Below are positions 27,231 through 36,781 of a DNA stretch of 64,000 nt, in pieces; position 1 is the stretch's first letter; the number at the start of each line of letters is the position of its first letter. This DNA is from Deltaproteobacteria bacterium (lineage in GTDB: Bacteria > Desulfobacterota > GWC2-55-46 > UBA9637). Position numbers and translations under genes: made by a program. The notes below the pieces were generated by a model. The model had not been told where the DNA came from. It did not search any database and saw only the letters and a program-made list of their open reading frames with translations. The DNA lies in the NCBI GenBank assembly GCA_030690165.1, contig JAUYHF010000007.1, positions 131,420 to 195,419 of the forward strand, written 5' to 3'.

Positions 27231-27392
27231 GAAGAATATGATATGATACCTTTTTTGTCATTCCCGCATATTTTTAGCGGGAATCCATATTCGTTCCTGC
27301 TAAGGCAGGGAACCGGATAAAATCAAAACATGGATTTCCGATAAAGGCTTCGGAAATGATAGAAAGAAATAGATTTTTTTATAGGAGCTCAT

Positions 27393-28628
27393 ATGCTGAG
27401 ATACTTAACAGCAGGTGAATCACACGGTAAATATTTGACTGCCATTCTGGAAGGCGCGCCGGCAAATCTTAATTTGGCTGCGGATGATATAAATAAAGAA
27501 CTAAGCCGCAGGCAGATTGGCTACGGCCGCGGCGGCAGAATGGCTATTGAAAAAGATGAAGCAGAGATTACATCGGGGGTAAGGTTTGGCAAGACCATAG
27601 GTTCGCCTATTGCTATGGTTATAAAAAATAGAGATTGGGAGAATTGGAAAGAGGTTATGAATACAGGGGTCAGGGGTCAGGGGTCAGGGGTCAAAGAGAT
27701 TACCCATCCAAGGCCGGGCCATGCGGATCTGGCAGGCGCCTTGAAATATGGCCAGTATGATATTCGCAATATTCTTGAACGTTCCAGCGCAAGGGAAACC
27801 GCGGCGCGGGTTGCTGTTGGCGCAGTATGTAAAAGATTTCTGGATGAGATTGGGATAAAAGTGATGAGTTGGGTGGTGGATATAGCAGGGGTCAGGGGTC
27901 AGGGGTCAGGGGTCAGAGAGGAGAATGATATAGAAGCAATTTTTAAACTGGCAGAAGCATCTGATGTGCGTTGTCCTGATAAAAAGATTGCAGAAAAAAT
28001 GAGAAAGGCGATAGATAGGGCAAGAAAAAACGGCGACAGCCTTGGCGGGATATTTGAGGTTGCTGTAACCGGCGTTCCTCCGGGTCTTGGAAGCCATGTC
28101 CAGTGGGATAGAAAATTAGATGGGAATCTGGCAAGGGCGCTTATGAGCATTCAGGCCATAAAAGGGGTTGAGGCGGGTATAGGGTTTGAAGCGGCTGAGA
28201 GATTTGGATCAGAGGTGCATGATGAGATATTTTATAAAATCTCCCCTGACCCCTCTTTGCCAAAGAGGGGAAAATCATCTCCCCCTTTGGAAAAGGGGGA
28301 TAAAGGGGGATTTTACAGAAAAACCAACAATGCCGGCGGCATAGAGGGAGGCATGAGCAACGGCGAACCGATTATACTCCGGGCTGCGATGAAACCGATA
28401 CCAACATTATATAAACCGCTTCGGTCAATAGATATAAAAACAAAAAAGCAGTTTCAGGCAAGTGTTGAAAGGTCGGATATATGCGCTGTGCCTGCTGCTT
28501 CAGTGGTTGGCGAGGCAGTTGTTGCCTTTGAGATAGCCAATGCCTTTATAGATAAATTTGGCGGCGATTCTATCTATGAGGTAAAAAGGAATTATAAGGG
28601 GTATCTGGAGTATTTGAGGAAGTTTTAA
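27393..28628 (+). CDS. aroC: chorismate synthase
   Basis: [30 protein letters not shown] motifs; 411 aa, about 50 aa longer than typical because of three repeat-encoded in-frame insertions. Confidence 0.9.
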   Translation: MLRYLTAGESHGKYLTAILEGAPANLNLAADDINKELSRRQIGYGRGGRMAIEKDEAEITSGVRFGKTIGSPIAMVIKNRDWENWKEVMNTGVRGQGSGVKEITHPRPGHADLAGALKYGQYDIRNILERSSARETAARVAVGAVCKRFLDEIGIKVMSWVVDIAGVRGQGSGVREENDIEAIFKLAEASDVRCPDKKIAEKMRKAIDRARKNGDSLGGIFEVAVTGVPPGLGSHVQWDRKLDGNLARALMSIQAIKGVEAGIGFEAAERFGSEVHDEIFYKISPDPSLPKRGKSSPPLEKGDKGGFYRKTNNAGGIEGGMSNGEPIILRAAMKPIPTLYKPLRSIDIKTKKQFQASVERSDICAVPAASVVGEAVVAFEIANAFIDKFGGDSIYEVKRNYKGYLEYLRKF

Positions 28629-29129
28629 ATGAAGAACATAATCCTTACTGGTTTTATGGGAACTGGCAAGACATCAGTTGGAAAACGTCTTGCCAAAGAA
28701 TTAAATCTCAAATTCATTGATACGGATGATTTGATAGAAAAAGAGGCAGGGATATACATAAATGAGATATTTACAAAATTTGGCGAGACATATTTCAGAC
28801 AATTGGAATCAAAGGTGATAAATGAAGTGTTTCCTGGTGCGAATATGATAATTGCCACCGGAGGCGGGGCTGTTGTCAATCCCCTAAATCTTCTTGCATT
28901 GAAAAAAAACGGGATTCTGATATGTTTAACTGCTTCAATTGATGTTATTCTTTCAAGGGTAGGGAGCGGCGATGAAAGGCCGCTTATTTCCGAAGACGAT
29001 AAAAAGGGGGCAATATCCAATCTCCTGAAGGTAAGAGAGCCATTTTATAAAAAGGCGGATTTTATTGTTGATACGACTACAAAAACTGTCGGTGAGGTAG
29101 TGGAGGAGATAAAGAAGATAGTGAGCTAA
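28629..29129 (+). CDS. aroK: shikimate kinase
   Basis: Walker A GFMGTGKTSVG; 166 aa; start abuts aroC stop. Confidence 0.85.
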   Translation: MKNIILTGFMGTGKTSVGKRLAKELNLKFIDTDDLIEKEAGIYINEIFTKFGETYFRQLESKVINEVFPGANMIIATGGGAVVNPLNLLALKKNGILICLTASIDVILSRVGSGDERPLISEDDKKGAISNLLKVREPFYKKADFIVDTTTKTVGEVVEEIKKIVS

Positions 29130-29175
29130 TATGGTAGTCTGCCGATTTATCGGCGCTTTTAAAAGACGCCCATAA

Positions 29176-30282
29176 ATGGGCATACTACATATGGAACGCA
29201 TTACTGTAAATCTTGGTGAGCGAAGCTATCCAATCTATATCGGGAGAAATAATCTCGATATGGTGGGAGAGTTGATGAAGCAGAAAGGTCTTAATGGCAA
29301 AGCAGCCTGTATTACAAATCCTACGGTAGGGAAACTTTATGGCAACAGGGCGCTTGATAGTCTTGGCAAGGCAGGTTTTGAGGTTTTCAGAATAGATATC
29401 CCTGACGGCGAAGAGTACAAAAGCCTTGAATGGCTCTCGCATATATATGATAAACTTATTGAATATAAGATGGAGAGGCAATCCCCTATTGTTGCCCTTG
29501 GCGGCGGCGTTGTAGGGGATATTGCAGGTTTTGCGGCAGCTACATACTTAAGGGGTGTGCCGTATATTCAGGTTCCAACGACACTCCTGTCCCAGGTTGA
29601 CAGTTCTGTCGGCGGCAAGACTGGGGTGAATCATCCAAAGGGCAAAAACCTTATAGGCGCATTCTATCAGCCAAAGATGGCGCTTTTAGATGTGGATGTT
29701 CTTAAGACGCTTGGAGAGAGGGATATAAAGGCGGGCTTGGCTGAAGTTATTAAATATGGTATTATCAAGGACGCCGGTTTCTTCTCGTTTTTAGAGGAAA
29801 ATTATGCGGATGTTCTCAAACTGGGAGATAGCCTGCTGCATGTTGTAAAGGTGTCATGCGGGATAAAGGCGCGGGTGGTTGAAGAGGATGAGAGGGAGGC
29901 GGGCATAAGGTCAATACTTAACTTTGGACATACATTCGGCCATGCAGTAGAGACCGTGACCGACTATAAGGAGTTAAGGCACGGCGAGGCAGTTGCCATC
30001 GGCATGGCTGCTGCCGCAAGGCTCTCTTTTAAACTCGGCCTGTGCAGTAAAGATGTTTGCGAAAGGATAGAAAGATTGGTATCAAAGATTGGTCTTCCCA
30101 TAAAGCTATCAGCTGTCAGCCGTCAGCTATCAGCTAAAGAATTATTACAGGCTATGGAGATGGATAAAAAGGCGGCTGGAGGAAATATAAAGTTTGTGAT
30201 GGTGGAAGATATTGGCAAGGTAATATTTAAACAGATGGGAAGAGCGGATTTTTCCATTGACTTATCAGAGATTTTAAACTAA
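29176..30282 (+). CDS. aroB: 3-dehydroquinate synthase
   Basis: GGGVVGDIAGFAAATYLRGVPYIQVPTTLLSQVDSSVGGKTGVN; alternative start ATG 29191; in-frame heptamer array 30105-30135. Confidence 0.88.
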   Translation: MGILHMERITVNLGERSYPIYIGRNNLDMVGELMKQKGLNGKAACITNPTVGKLYGNRALDSLGKAGFEVFRIDIPDGEEYKSLEWLSHIYDKLIEYKMERQSPIVALGGGVVGDIAGFAAATYLRGVPYIQVPTTLLSQVDSSVGGKTGVNHPKGKNLIGAFYQPKMALLDVDVLKTLGERDIKAGLAEVIKYGIIKDAGFFSFLEENYADVLKLGDSLLHVVKVSCGIKARVVEEDEREAGIRSILNFGHTFGHAVETVTDYKELRHGEAVAIGMAAAARLSFKLGLCSKDVCERIERLVSKIGLPIKLSAVSRQLSAKELLQAMEMDKKAAGGNIKFVMVEDIGKVIFKQMGRADFSIDLSEILN

Positions 30283-30371
30283 ATATAAGCACAGTATTAA
30301 AAACTCAACTCAAAACTCAATCTGTATTTTCTAATTCCTGATTTTCCCCTGTTTTTTATTATTTTCTTATT

Positions 30372-30896
30372 ATGGAACACATAGAAGAAACAGTTATAGA
30401 GGAAGATGGCGGAGAAGACTGGCTGCCTGATGATAAATTCTATACATTGACAATGGCGGGGGTTTTAGAGAGACAGGGCCTTAAAAAAGGCGCTAAGAAA
30501 ATCCACGAAACTTTGCTTATGAAGGGGGGGCAAAAAATGGGATTTCTCGAAATATTAAAAGATATGGTTGACAATGTAAAGGGCGGGGTTGCAGGCACTG
30601 TCATGGCTAAAGATGGTATTGCAATACAGAACTATGTAAAAGACAAGGCTGCCTATGATATGGATTCTGTTGGTGTGGAATATGGCAGAATATTAGAGGA
30701 GACAAAAAATGCGTCTTCTATGCTTAAGCTTGGCGAGGTGGATGAGTTATCTGTAACGGCAGAAGGGTCTACTGTCATAATGAGGCTTATAAATAAGGAC
30801 TATTTTATAGCAATTGTGCTTGGGCCTGAAGGCAACTTTGGGAAGGCAAGATATTACTTAAAAAGGGCGGCAGCCGGTGTCAGAAAGGAGTTTTAA
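30372..30896 (+). CDS. Roadblock/LC7-domain protein (MglB-like)
   Basis: C-terminal 110 aa fit the Roadblock/LC7 pattern (GVAGTVMAKDGIAIQ ... GKARYYLKRAA); acidic N-terminal extension. Confidence 0.45.
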   Translation: MEHIEETVIEEDGGEDWLPDDKFYTLTMAGVLERQGLKKGAKKIHETLLMKGGQKMGFLEILKDMVDNVKGGVAGTVMAKDGIAIQNYVKDKAAYDMDSVGVEYGRILEETKNASSMLKLGEVDELSVTAEGSTVIMRLINKDYFIAIVLGPEGNFGKARYYLKRAAAGVRKEF

Positions 30897-31973
30897 ATAT
30901 CTACTGAAATCAGAACAAGGTTAAAGAAGATTCAGGAGAGATTCTCATCCTGGAATATAGATATCCTGCTCATAACCACACCCGAAAATATCCGCTATCT
31001 GAGCGGATTTACAGGGACGAGCGGGGTAATTGTTATAACGTTGCATGAGGCATTCTTTTTAACTGATTGGAGATATGCCGCACAGTCAAGATACGAGATA
31101 AGCGGATTAAGAGTAAAGATATATAAAAAACAGACTGAAGATGTTGCGTCTTTAATAAACAGGCTAAAGCCCAGACGCATAGGATTTGAGGCAAAGGGGC
31201 TTACTTATGAGATATATCGCAGGCTGAAAGTCTTGCTGCGGGGAAAGCGGCTCGTTCCTCTGCCTGATGATATTAACAGGATAAGGGCCAGAAAAAATGC
31301 GGGTGAATTGAAACTTATAAGAATGGCCGTTGGTTTGGCGGCTGTTGGTTTTAATGCAGCAGTGAATTGCATAGCCGCAGGGATACGGGAATGCGATGCA
31401 GCCCTTAATATAGAAATGGAAATGAGAAAAAATGGGGCAGAGGGTCTTTCTTTTGATATAATTGTCGCCTCCGGCATACGGGCGGCTTTACCCCACGGCA
31501 AGGCCTCTCTGAAGAGGATAAAAAAAACAGAAACTGTTATTGTTGACCTTGGCGCAAGATACCGGGGTTATCATTCAGATGAGACATGCACATTTATAAT
31601 GGGTAAACCTGGCAGGGAACAAAAAAAGGTTTATCAGATAGTTAAGGATGCCCATGATAAGGCGATAGAGGCTGTAAGGCCAGGGGTGAAGGCATCTTAT
31701 ATAGATTCTGTGGCGAGGGGTTTTATTAAAGATGCCGGATACGGTAAATATTTTGGTCATGGCACAGGTCATGGGGTTGGGCTTGCTATTCATGAATGGC
31801 CGAATATCTCTCCTTATAATGATGATGTTTTAGAAGAGGCTATGGTTTTCACTATAGAACCGGGGATATATATACATGGCTGGGGCGGTGTAAGGATTGA
31901 GGATATGGTCCTTGTTAAAAAGGATGGCTGCGAGGTTTTGACAGAGATGTCAAAAGAGATGGTGATATTGTAG
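30897..31973 (+). CDS. Xaa-Pro aminopeptidase / M24 family metallopeptidase; non-canonical or unresolved start
   Basis: Creatinase-like N-domain plus M24 catalytic motifs [15 protein letters not shown] and EPGIYI; homology begins right after the previous gene's TAA in the same frame; first in-frame ATG (31041) would remove about 48 conserved residues. Confidence 0.7.
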   Translation: MSTEIRTRLKKIQERFSSWNIDILLITTPENIRYLSGFTGTSGVIVITLHEAFFLTDWRYAAQSRYEISGLRVKIYKKQTEDVASLINRLKPRRIGFEAKGLTYEIYRRLKVLLRGKRLVPLPDDINRIRARKNAGELKLIRMAVGLAAVGFNAAVNCIAAGIRECDAALNIEMEMRKNGAEGLSFDIIVASGIRAALPHGKASLKRIKKTETVIVDLGARYRGYHSDETCTFIMGKPGREQKKVYQIVKDAHDKAIEAVRPGVKASYIDSVARGFIKDAGYGKYFGHGTGHGVGLAIHEWPNISPYNDDVLEEAMVFTIEPGIYIHGWGGVRIEDMVLVKKDGCEVLTEMSKEMVIL

Positions 31974-31992
31974 AAGATTAAGGGAGGTTATT

Positions 31993-32457
31993 ATGGATTT
32001 TAAAGAGATTGAGCATATTGTAAAGTTTATAAGCGGGACTGATATTGTTGAATTTGAACTTGAAAGACCAAATGGAAAGTTAAAAGTAAAGAGGGGTATG
32101 GTTAGGCCGGAGATTGTTGAAATAAAGCCTGTAGTTGCCGCGCCGTCTGTTCTTACAGCGTCGGAACAAAAAATAGAAGAACAAAAAGCAGAAAAAGAGG
32201 CTGCTAAGAGTGAAAGGTTAAAGCAGATTACATCACCCATGGTTGGCACATTTTACAAGGCATCTTCTCAGGATGTCCAGCCATTTGTAGAGGTCGGCGG
32301 CACAGTTAAAAAGGGCCAGATAGTGTGTATTATAGAGGCAATGAAACTTATGAATGAGATAGAATCTGAATTCAATGGCAAGATAGTTTCTATTCTGATA
32401 GAAAACGGGCAGCCGGTGGAATACGGCGAGCCGTTGTTTGTTATAGAGACAGCGTAA
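31993..32457 (+). CDS. accB: acetyl-CoA carboxylase biotin carboxyl carrier protein
   Basis: Biotinylation motif [10 protein letters not shown] and lipoyl/biotinyl fold C-terminus. Confidence 0.9.
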   Translation: MDFKEIEHIVKFISGTDIVEFELERPNGKLKVKRGMVRPEIVEIKPVVAAPSVLTASEQKIEEQKAEKEAAKSERLKQITSPMVGTFYKASSQDVQPFVEVGGTVKKGQIVCIIEAMKLMNEIESEFNGKIVSILIENGQPVEYGEPLFVIETA

Positions 32458-32462
32458 ATACA

Positions 32463-32548
32463 GGCTATAGGCAAGAGGCGATAGGCTATAGGTAAAAGAA
32501 AAAGACAAGAATATTTTTTCCATTGCCTATAGCCCATCGCCTATAACC
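32463..32548. repeat. inverted heptamer arrays (GGCTATA units) forming a hairpin between accB and accC
   Basis: GGCTATAGGCAAGAGGCGATAGGCTATAGG at 32463-32492 and its inverted counterpart CCTATAGCCCATCGCCTATAACC at 32526-32548; related array at 48975-49004. Confidence 0.7.
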
Positions 32549-32561
32549 TTTTTTAAAACCT

Positions 32562-33896
32562 ATGTTCCATAAAATACTTATCGCAAATAGGGGTGAGATA
32601 GCTGTAAGGATTATACGGGCATGTAAGGAGCTCGGTATAAGAACCGTTGCTGTATATTCCGAGGCAGACAGAGACAGCCTGCCCATAAGGCTTGCGGATG
32701 AGGCTATATGCATAGGCCCTGCAAAAAGCAAGGACAGCTACCTGAACGCATCTTCCATCATAAGCGCCGCTGAGGTTACGGATGCAGAGGCAATACACCC
32801 CGGCTATGGTTTTCTTGCAGAGAATGCTGAATTTGCGGAGATATGTGAAAACTGCGGCATTAAGTTTATAGGCCCGAGTTCCAGGAGTATGCGCCTTATG
32901 GGGAATAAGATTCAGGCCAAAAAAGAGGTGGAAAAGTTGCGGGTGTTAGTTCTTCCATGGAGCAGCGGCGGCATAAAGGATGAGAAGGATGCAATGGATA
33001 TTGCGCGGAAGATTGGCTTCCCGGTGATAATAAAGGCTGCTGCAGGCGGAGGAGGCAGGGGTATGAAGCTTGTTCATACCTCGGCAAGTTTCGGCAATGC
33101 CTTTCACACCGCAAAGAATGAAGCGCAGGCTGCGTTTGGAAATGGAGATGTATATATTGAAAAATTTTGTGAGGCGCCCAGGCATATAGAGATTCAGATT
33201 ATGGCTGATAAGTATGGCAATATTGTCTATCTGGGAGAGAGGGATTGCTCTATACAGCGCCGCCATCAGAAGATATTGGAAGAGGCGCCATCCCCTGTGC
33301 TTGATGAAAAGTTAAGAAGGAATATGGGTGAGGCTGCTGTAAAGATAGCAAAGGCAATAGGTTACACCAGTGTTGGGACAGTGGAGTTTTTGCTTGATAA
33401 GAATATGCGGTATTATTTTATGGAGATGAACACGAGGATTCAGGTTGAACATCCTGTAACAGAGATGATAACCGGTATAGATATAGTCAAAGAACAGATA
33501 AGACTTGCATGGGGAGAGCGGCTCAGATTTAAACAAAAACATATAAGAATCAGAGGGCATTCAATAGAGTGCAGGATAAATGCGGAAGACCCCGAGACAT
33601 TTATACCCTGTCCAGGCAAGATCACAGGCCTCCATATGCCGGGAGGCCCTGGTGTAAGAGTGGATTCTGCAATATCATGCAGCCATACTGTGCCCCCGTA
33701 TTATGACTCGCTTCTTGCCAAGCTAATAGTATACGGAGACAATAGGGCAGAGGCCGTCAGCAGGATGGCAATGGCATTGGATGAGATGGAGATCGAAGGG
33801 GTGAAGACTAATATTCCGCTGCACAGAAAGATAATGAATGACCACGATTTTATTGCAGGCAAGGTTGATATAAATTTTTTGAGTAGATTTGGGTAG
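32562..33896 (+). CDS. accC: acetyl-CoA carboxylase biotin carboxylase subunit
   Basis: ATP-grasp biotin carboxylase motifs (KILIANRGEIAVRIIRA, EMNTRIQVEHPVTE); 444 aa. Confidence 0.95.
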   Translation: MFHKILIANRGEIAVRIIRACKELGIRTVAVYSEADRDSLPIRLADEAICIGPAKSKDSYLNASSIISAAEVTDAEAIHPGYGFLAENAEFAEICENCGIKFIGPSSRSMRLMGNKIQAKKEVEKLRVLVLPWSSGGIKDEKDAMDIARKIGFPVIIKAAAGGGGRGMKLVHTSASFGNAFHTAKNEAQAAFGNGDVYIEKFCEAPRHIEIQIMADKYGNIVYLGERDCSIQRRHQKILEEAPSPVLDEKLRRNMGEAAVKIAKAIGYTSVGTVEFLLDKNMRYYFMEMNTRIQVEHPVTEMITGIDIVKEQIRLAWGERLRFKQKHIRIRGHSIECRINAEDPETFIPCPGKITGLHMPGGPGVRVDSAISCSHTVPPYYDSLLAKLIVYGDNRAEAVSRMAMALDEMEIEGVKTNIPLHRKIMNDHDFIAGKVDINFLSRFG

Positions 33897-33939
33897 CTCC
33901 CCCTAACCCCCTCTTTGATAAAGAGGGGGAATAATAACT

Positions 33940-34722
33940 ATGAATGATTGGAGATTATTGATAGACCTGCCGCAAAACGGCCTGGAAAACATGGCAACAG
34001 ATGAGGCCATCCTGGAATCCTGCAATCAGAGACTTTCCCAACCCACTTTAAGGCTGTATGAATGGAGCGAGCCAACCCTTTCCATAGGTTGTTTTCAGAA
34101 GGCTGATAATGCTATTAAATACTGTTTGGAAGCAGGAATTCCTTATGTCAGGCGGATTACCGGCGGAAGGGCTGTGCTGCATAGCGATGAGATTACATAT
34201 TCAATAATTTGCAGTGCGGGAGAGCCGTTATTTGAAGAGGGGGTATCAGGGGCATACAGAATAATAAGCAGATGCCTGCTTACTGCATTAAGAGAAGTTG
34301 AAATTAATGCCGATATGCATACTTCCAGGGCCATAGAATATGGTTTTGAAAAAACTTCCTGCTTTCATTCTCCTTCCAGATATGAGATTATAATAGACAA
34401 TAAAAAACTTGTTGGAAGCGCACAGAGGCGGTTTAAAAGGGCGTTTATACAGCATGGTTCCATCCTTTTCGGAGTAGACAGGGATCTGATTGCGCAGTTG
34501 TTTGGAGAGGAGTCTCTGTCGATGATGGCATGGATTAAACTTTACAGCGATATAAAAAAAGATGAGTTTAAGGCTATTTTAATAGATAAGATTAGAAAGG
34601 GGTTGAACATAAACCTGACTGCCGGTAATATAAATAATAATGAAAATTACCTGAGAGATAAACTGCTAAGTGTCAGAGAGTCAGAGGGTCAAAGTGTCAG
34701 AGTAAAAACTTTGACTCTTTGA
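33940..34722 (+). CDS. lipoate-protein ligase / octanoyltransferase family (BPL/LPL catalytic domain) protein
   Basis: PTLRLYEWSEPTLSIG ... VRRITGGRAVLHSDEITYS pattern; C-terminal 18 aa are encoded by an octamer hairpin array 34670-34725. Confidence 0.6.
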   Translation: MNDWRLLIDLPQNGLENMATDEAILESCNQRLSQPTLRLYEWSEPTLSIGCFQKADNAIKYCLEAGIPYVRRITGGRAVLHSDEITYSIICSAGEPLFEEGVSGAYRIISRCLLTALREVEINADMHTSRAIEYGFEKTSCFHSPSRYEIIIDNKKLVGSAQRRFKRAFIQHGSILFGVDRDLIAQLFGEESLSMMAWIKLYSDIKKDEFKAILIDKIRKGLNINLTAGNINNNENYLRDKLLSVRESEGQSVRVKTLTL

Positions 34723-34746
34723 TACTATGACCCTATTTTTATTCCT

Positions 34747-36714
34747 ATGGATGAGAAAAGCAAAATAATAGATAAGGCTCAAAAGCTGCTGCAGAAAGGA
34801 TACCTTGACAAGGCCATTGCCGAATACAAAAAGGTGGTCGAAAAGTATCCAAAAGACACGACTATTCGTTTGCGGGTAGGAGACCTTTATGTAAAGGTTG
34901 GCAAGAAGGATGAGGCCATAAAGGAATATGGCGAGGTGGCCAAAATACATACAAAGGGAGGATTCAACCTAAAGGCCATTGCTGTTTACAAGCAGATCCT
35001 TAAATTAGATGAAGGACAGTTGGAGATATATTTTAAGCTGTCAGACCTTTACACAAACCAAAGGCTGATAGCAGATGCTGTAGCGTCATTAAGTGTTCTG
35101 GTCAGTTTTTATGAAAAGAAGGGAAAGGCTGATGAGGCAATCGATGTTTTAAAAAAGATGATAACAGTCGACCCTCAGAATGTCGGGGTAAGGCTCAAGC
35201 TTGCTGACTATTATAAGACGAAAGGGTTTACAAATGATGCGCTTGCGGAATATGTCGTGGCATTTAATAGTCTTCTTAAGGACGGCAAAATAGATAAGGC
35301 TGAAAAGCTTTACGAAGGGTTATATGCTGATAACAGGAGAAATATAAATATAATAGAAGGGCTTGTGGAGGTATACAGGATTAAGGGTGACAAAACCCAT
35401 CTTATAAGATATTGGAAAGAACTGGCAAACCTGTATAAGGAAAAAGGCGAGGCTGAAAAGAGAAAAGAGATTTATAAGAAGATACTTGAGATTGCCCCGG
35501 AAGATAATGATGCCCTGAATGCCCTCGGCATAAAGCCGGCAGTAGAGGAGCCTGCTCAAAAAGCTGCACCTTCAAAAGTTCCTGCAGAAGATAAGACCGC
35601 AAAAGAACCGCTCATAGCATGGCCTGAATTTACCAAAGACCTCTTTGAAGAGCCTCGGGAAAAACCTGAACAGATAGCAGCGCCTGCCCCCTTGAAAGAG
35701 GAACCTTTAATATCATGGGATGAAATGATAGAGGTAAGTGAGGAGGCGGGGAGAGGGGCTGCGCCTCGCGAGCCGGAGACCAGCGTAAAGCAGCCGGTTG
35801 AAGAGGCGCCCATTATAGAGATGCCGGAGATTCAGGCGGCTGAAATAACAGAAGAAGAGCCTCTCATAGAGATGCCGGAGGTTCATGCAGCAGAAACAAA
35901 AGAAGATGCCCAGCGCATATCACCTATACCTTCTGAAGAAAAGGCCCGTGCAGAAGAGATTGCAGGAGAAATAGCTCCGGAATACATTGAACCTGCGGAA
36001 GAACTGCCCCAAGTGGAAGAGGCAGAAGTTTTAGAGGCAGTTGAAGAAGTTGCGCCAAAGCATGGTTTAGAGGGATTGGGACTGGAAGGGTTTTTGCCTG
36101 AAGGGGCAACTATAATAGGAGAGATGGAGTCCCAGCCTGATGAAGAGGGATATGTTGACCTTTCTTCAGAATTAGGGCTGGAAGAGGCCCTGGATTTTTT
36201 GACTGAATCCTGGGCTCCTGACGAAAAGGGTAAGGAGACCTTTACGGAATTTAAACACGGCGTGGAAAAACAGTTGAGCAGAGAGGATACTGAAACCCAT
36301 TATAACCTTGGCATTGCATATATGGAGATGGAACTCTTTGATGATGCCATGAGGGAATTCAAGATTGCTTTGAAAAACCCTGTATTTGAATTTGATTGTT
36401 ATGCCAGGCTTGGTTTGAGCCTTAGGACAAAAGGAGATTACGAGGAGGCTATAGGCAATTTTTTAAAAGGGCTTAAAGTTAGCGGAAGGACAGATGAAGA
36501 GCGGAAAGGGATCATGTATGAACTTGGTCTGACCTACGAGGCCGCCTGCCTCACGCATGAGGCGTTGGAGGTCTTTACCTCCGTATTCGAGATGGATGAA
36601 TGGTTTAGAGAGGTTTCTTATAAGATTCAGGAATTAAGAAAAAAGCTGGAAGAAGAAATTGAGGCCGGGGCTATTCCATCAACAGACGATATGATAGAGG
36701 TTGAACTCTTGTGA
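34747..36714 (+). CDS. TPR-repeat protein with central acidic repeat region
   Basis: TPR-like helices at both ends; central Glu/Pro-rich tandem repeats (EEPLIEMPE x2). Confidence 0.55.
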   Translation: MDEKSKIIDKAQKLLQKGYLDKAIAEYKKVVEKYPKDTTIRLRVGDLYVKVGKKDEAIKEYGEVAKIHTKGGFNLKAIAVYKQILKLDEGQLEIYFKLSDLYTNQRLIADAVASLSVLVSFYEKKGKADEAIDVLKKMITVDPQNVGVRLKLADYYKTKGFTNDALAEYVVAFNSLLKDGKIDKAEKLYEGLYADNRRNINIIEGLVEVYRIKGDKTHLIRYWKELANLYKEKGEAEKRKEIYKKILEIAPEDNDALNALGIKPAVEEPAQKAAPSKVPAEDKTAKEPLIAWPEFTKDLFEEPREKPEQIAAPAPLKEEPLISWDEMIEVSEEAGRGAAPREPETSVKQPVEEAPIIEMPEIQAAEITEEEPLIEMPEVHAAETKEDAQRISPIPSEEKARAEEIAGEIAPEYIEPAEELPQVEEAEVLEAVEEVAPKHGLEGLGLEGFLPEGATIIGEMESQPDEEGYVDLSSELGLEEALDFLTESWAPDEKGKETFTEFKHGVEKQLSREDTETHYNLGIAYMEMELFDDAMREFKIALKNPVFEFDCYARLGLSLRTKGDYEEAIGNFLKGLKVSGRTDEERKGIMYELGLTYEAACLTHEALEVFTSVFEMDEWFREVSYKIQELRKKLEEEIEAGAIPSTDDMIEVELL

Positions 36715-36739
36715 CTCATAAGATTACACTATTTTCGCA

Positions 36740-36770
36740 AAGGCCGGTTTAGCCGGCCTTTTCTTTTTTT
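36740..36770 (+). terminator. rho-independent terminator
   Basis: AAGGCCGG-TTTAG-CCGGCCTT stem-loop followed by TTCTTTTTTT. Confidence 0.65.
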
Positions 36771-36781
36771 GGGTTTTTTGA

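Noticed and set aside
27664-27693. Possible CRISPR array suggested by regularly repeated short units (also 19950-20040, 23545-23640)
   Set aside because: Units are 7-8 bp tandem with no spacers, many are inside coding sequence, and no cas genes are present; these are short tandem repeat arrays.
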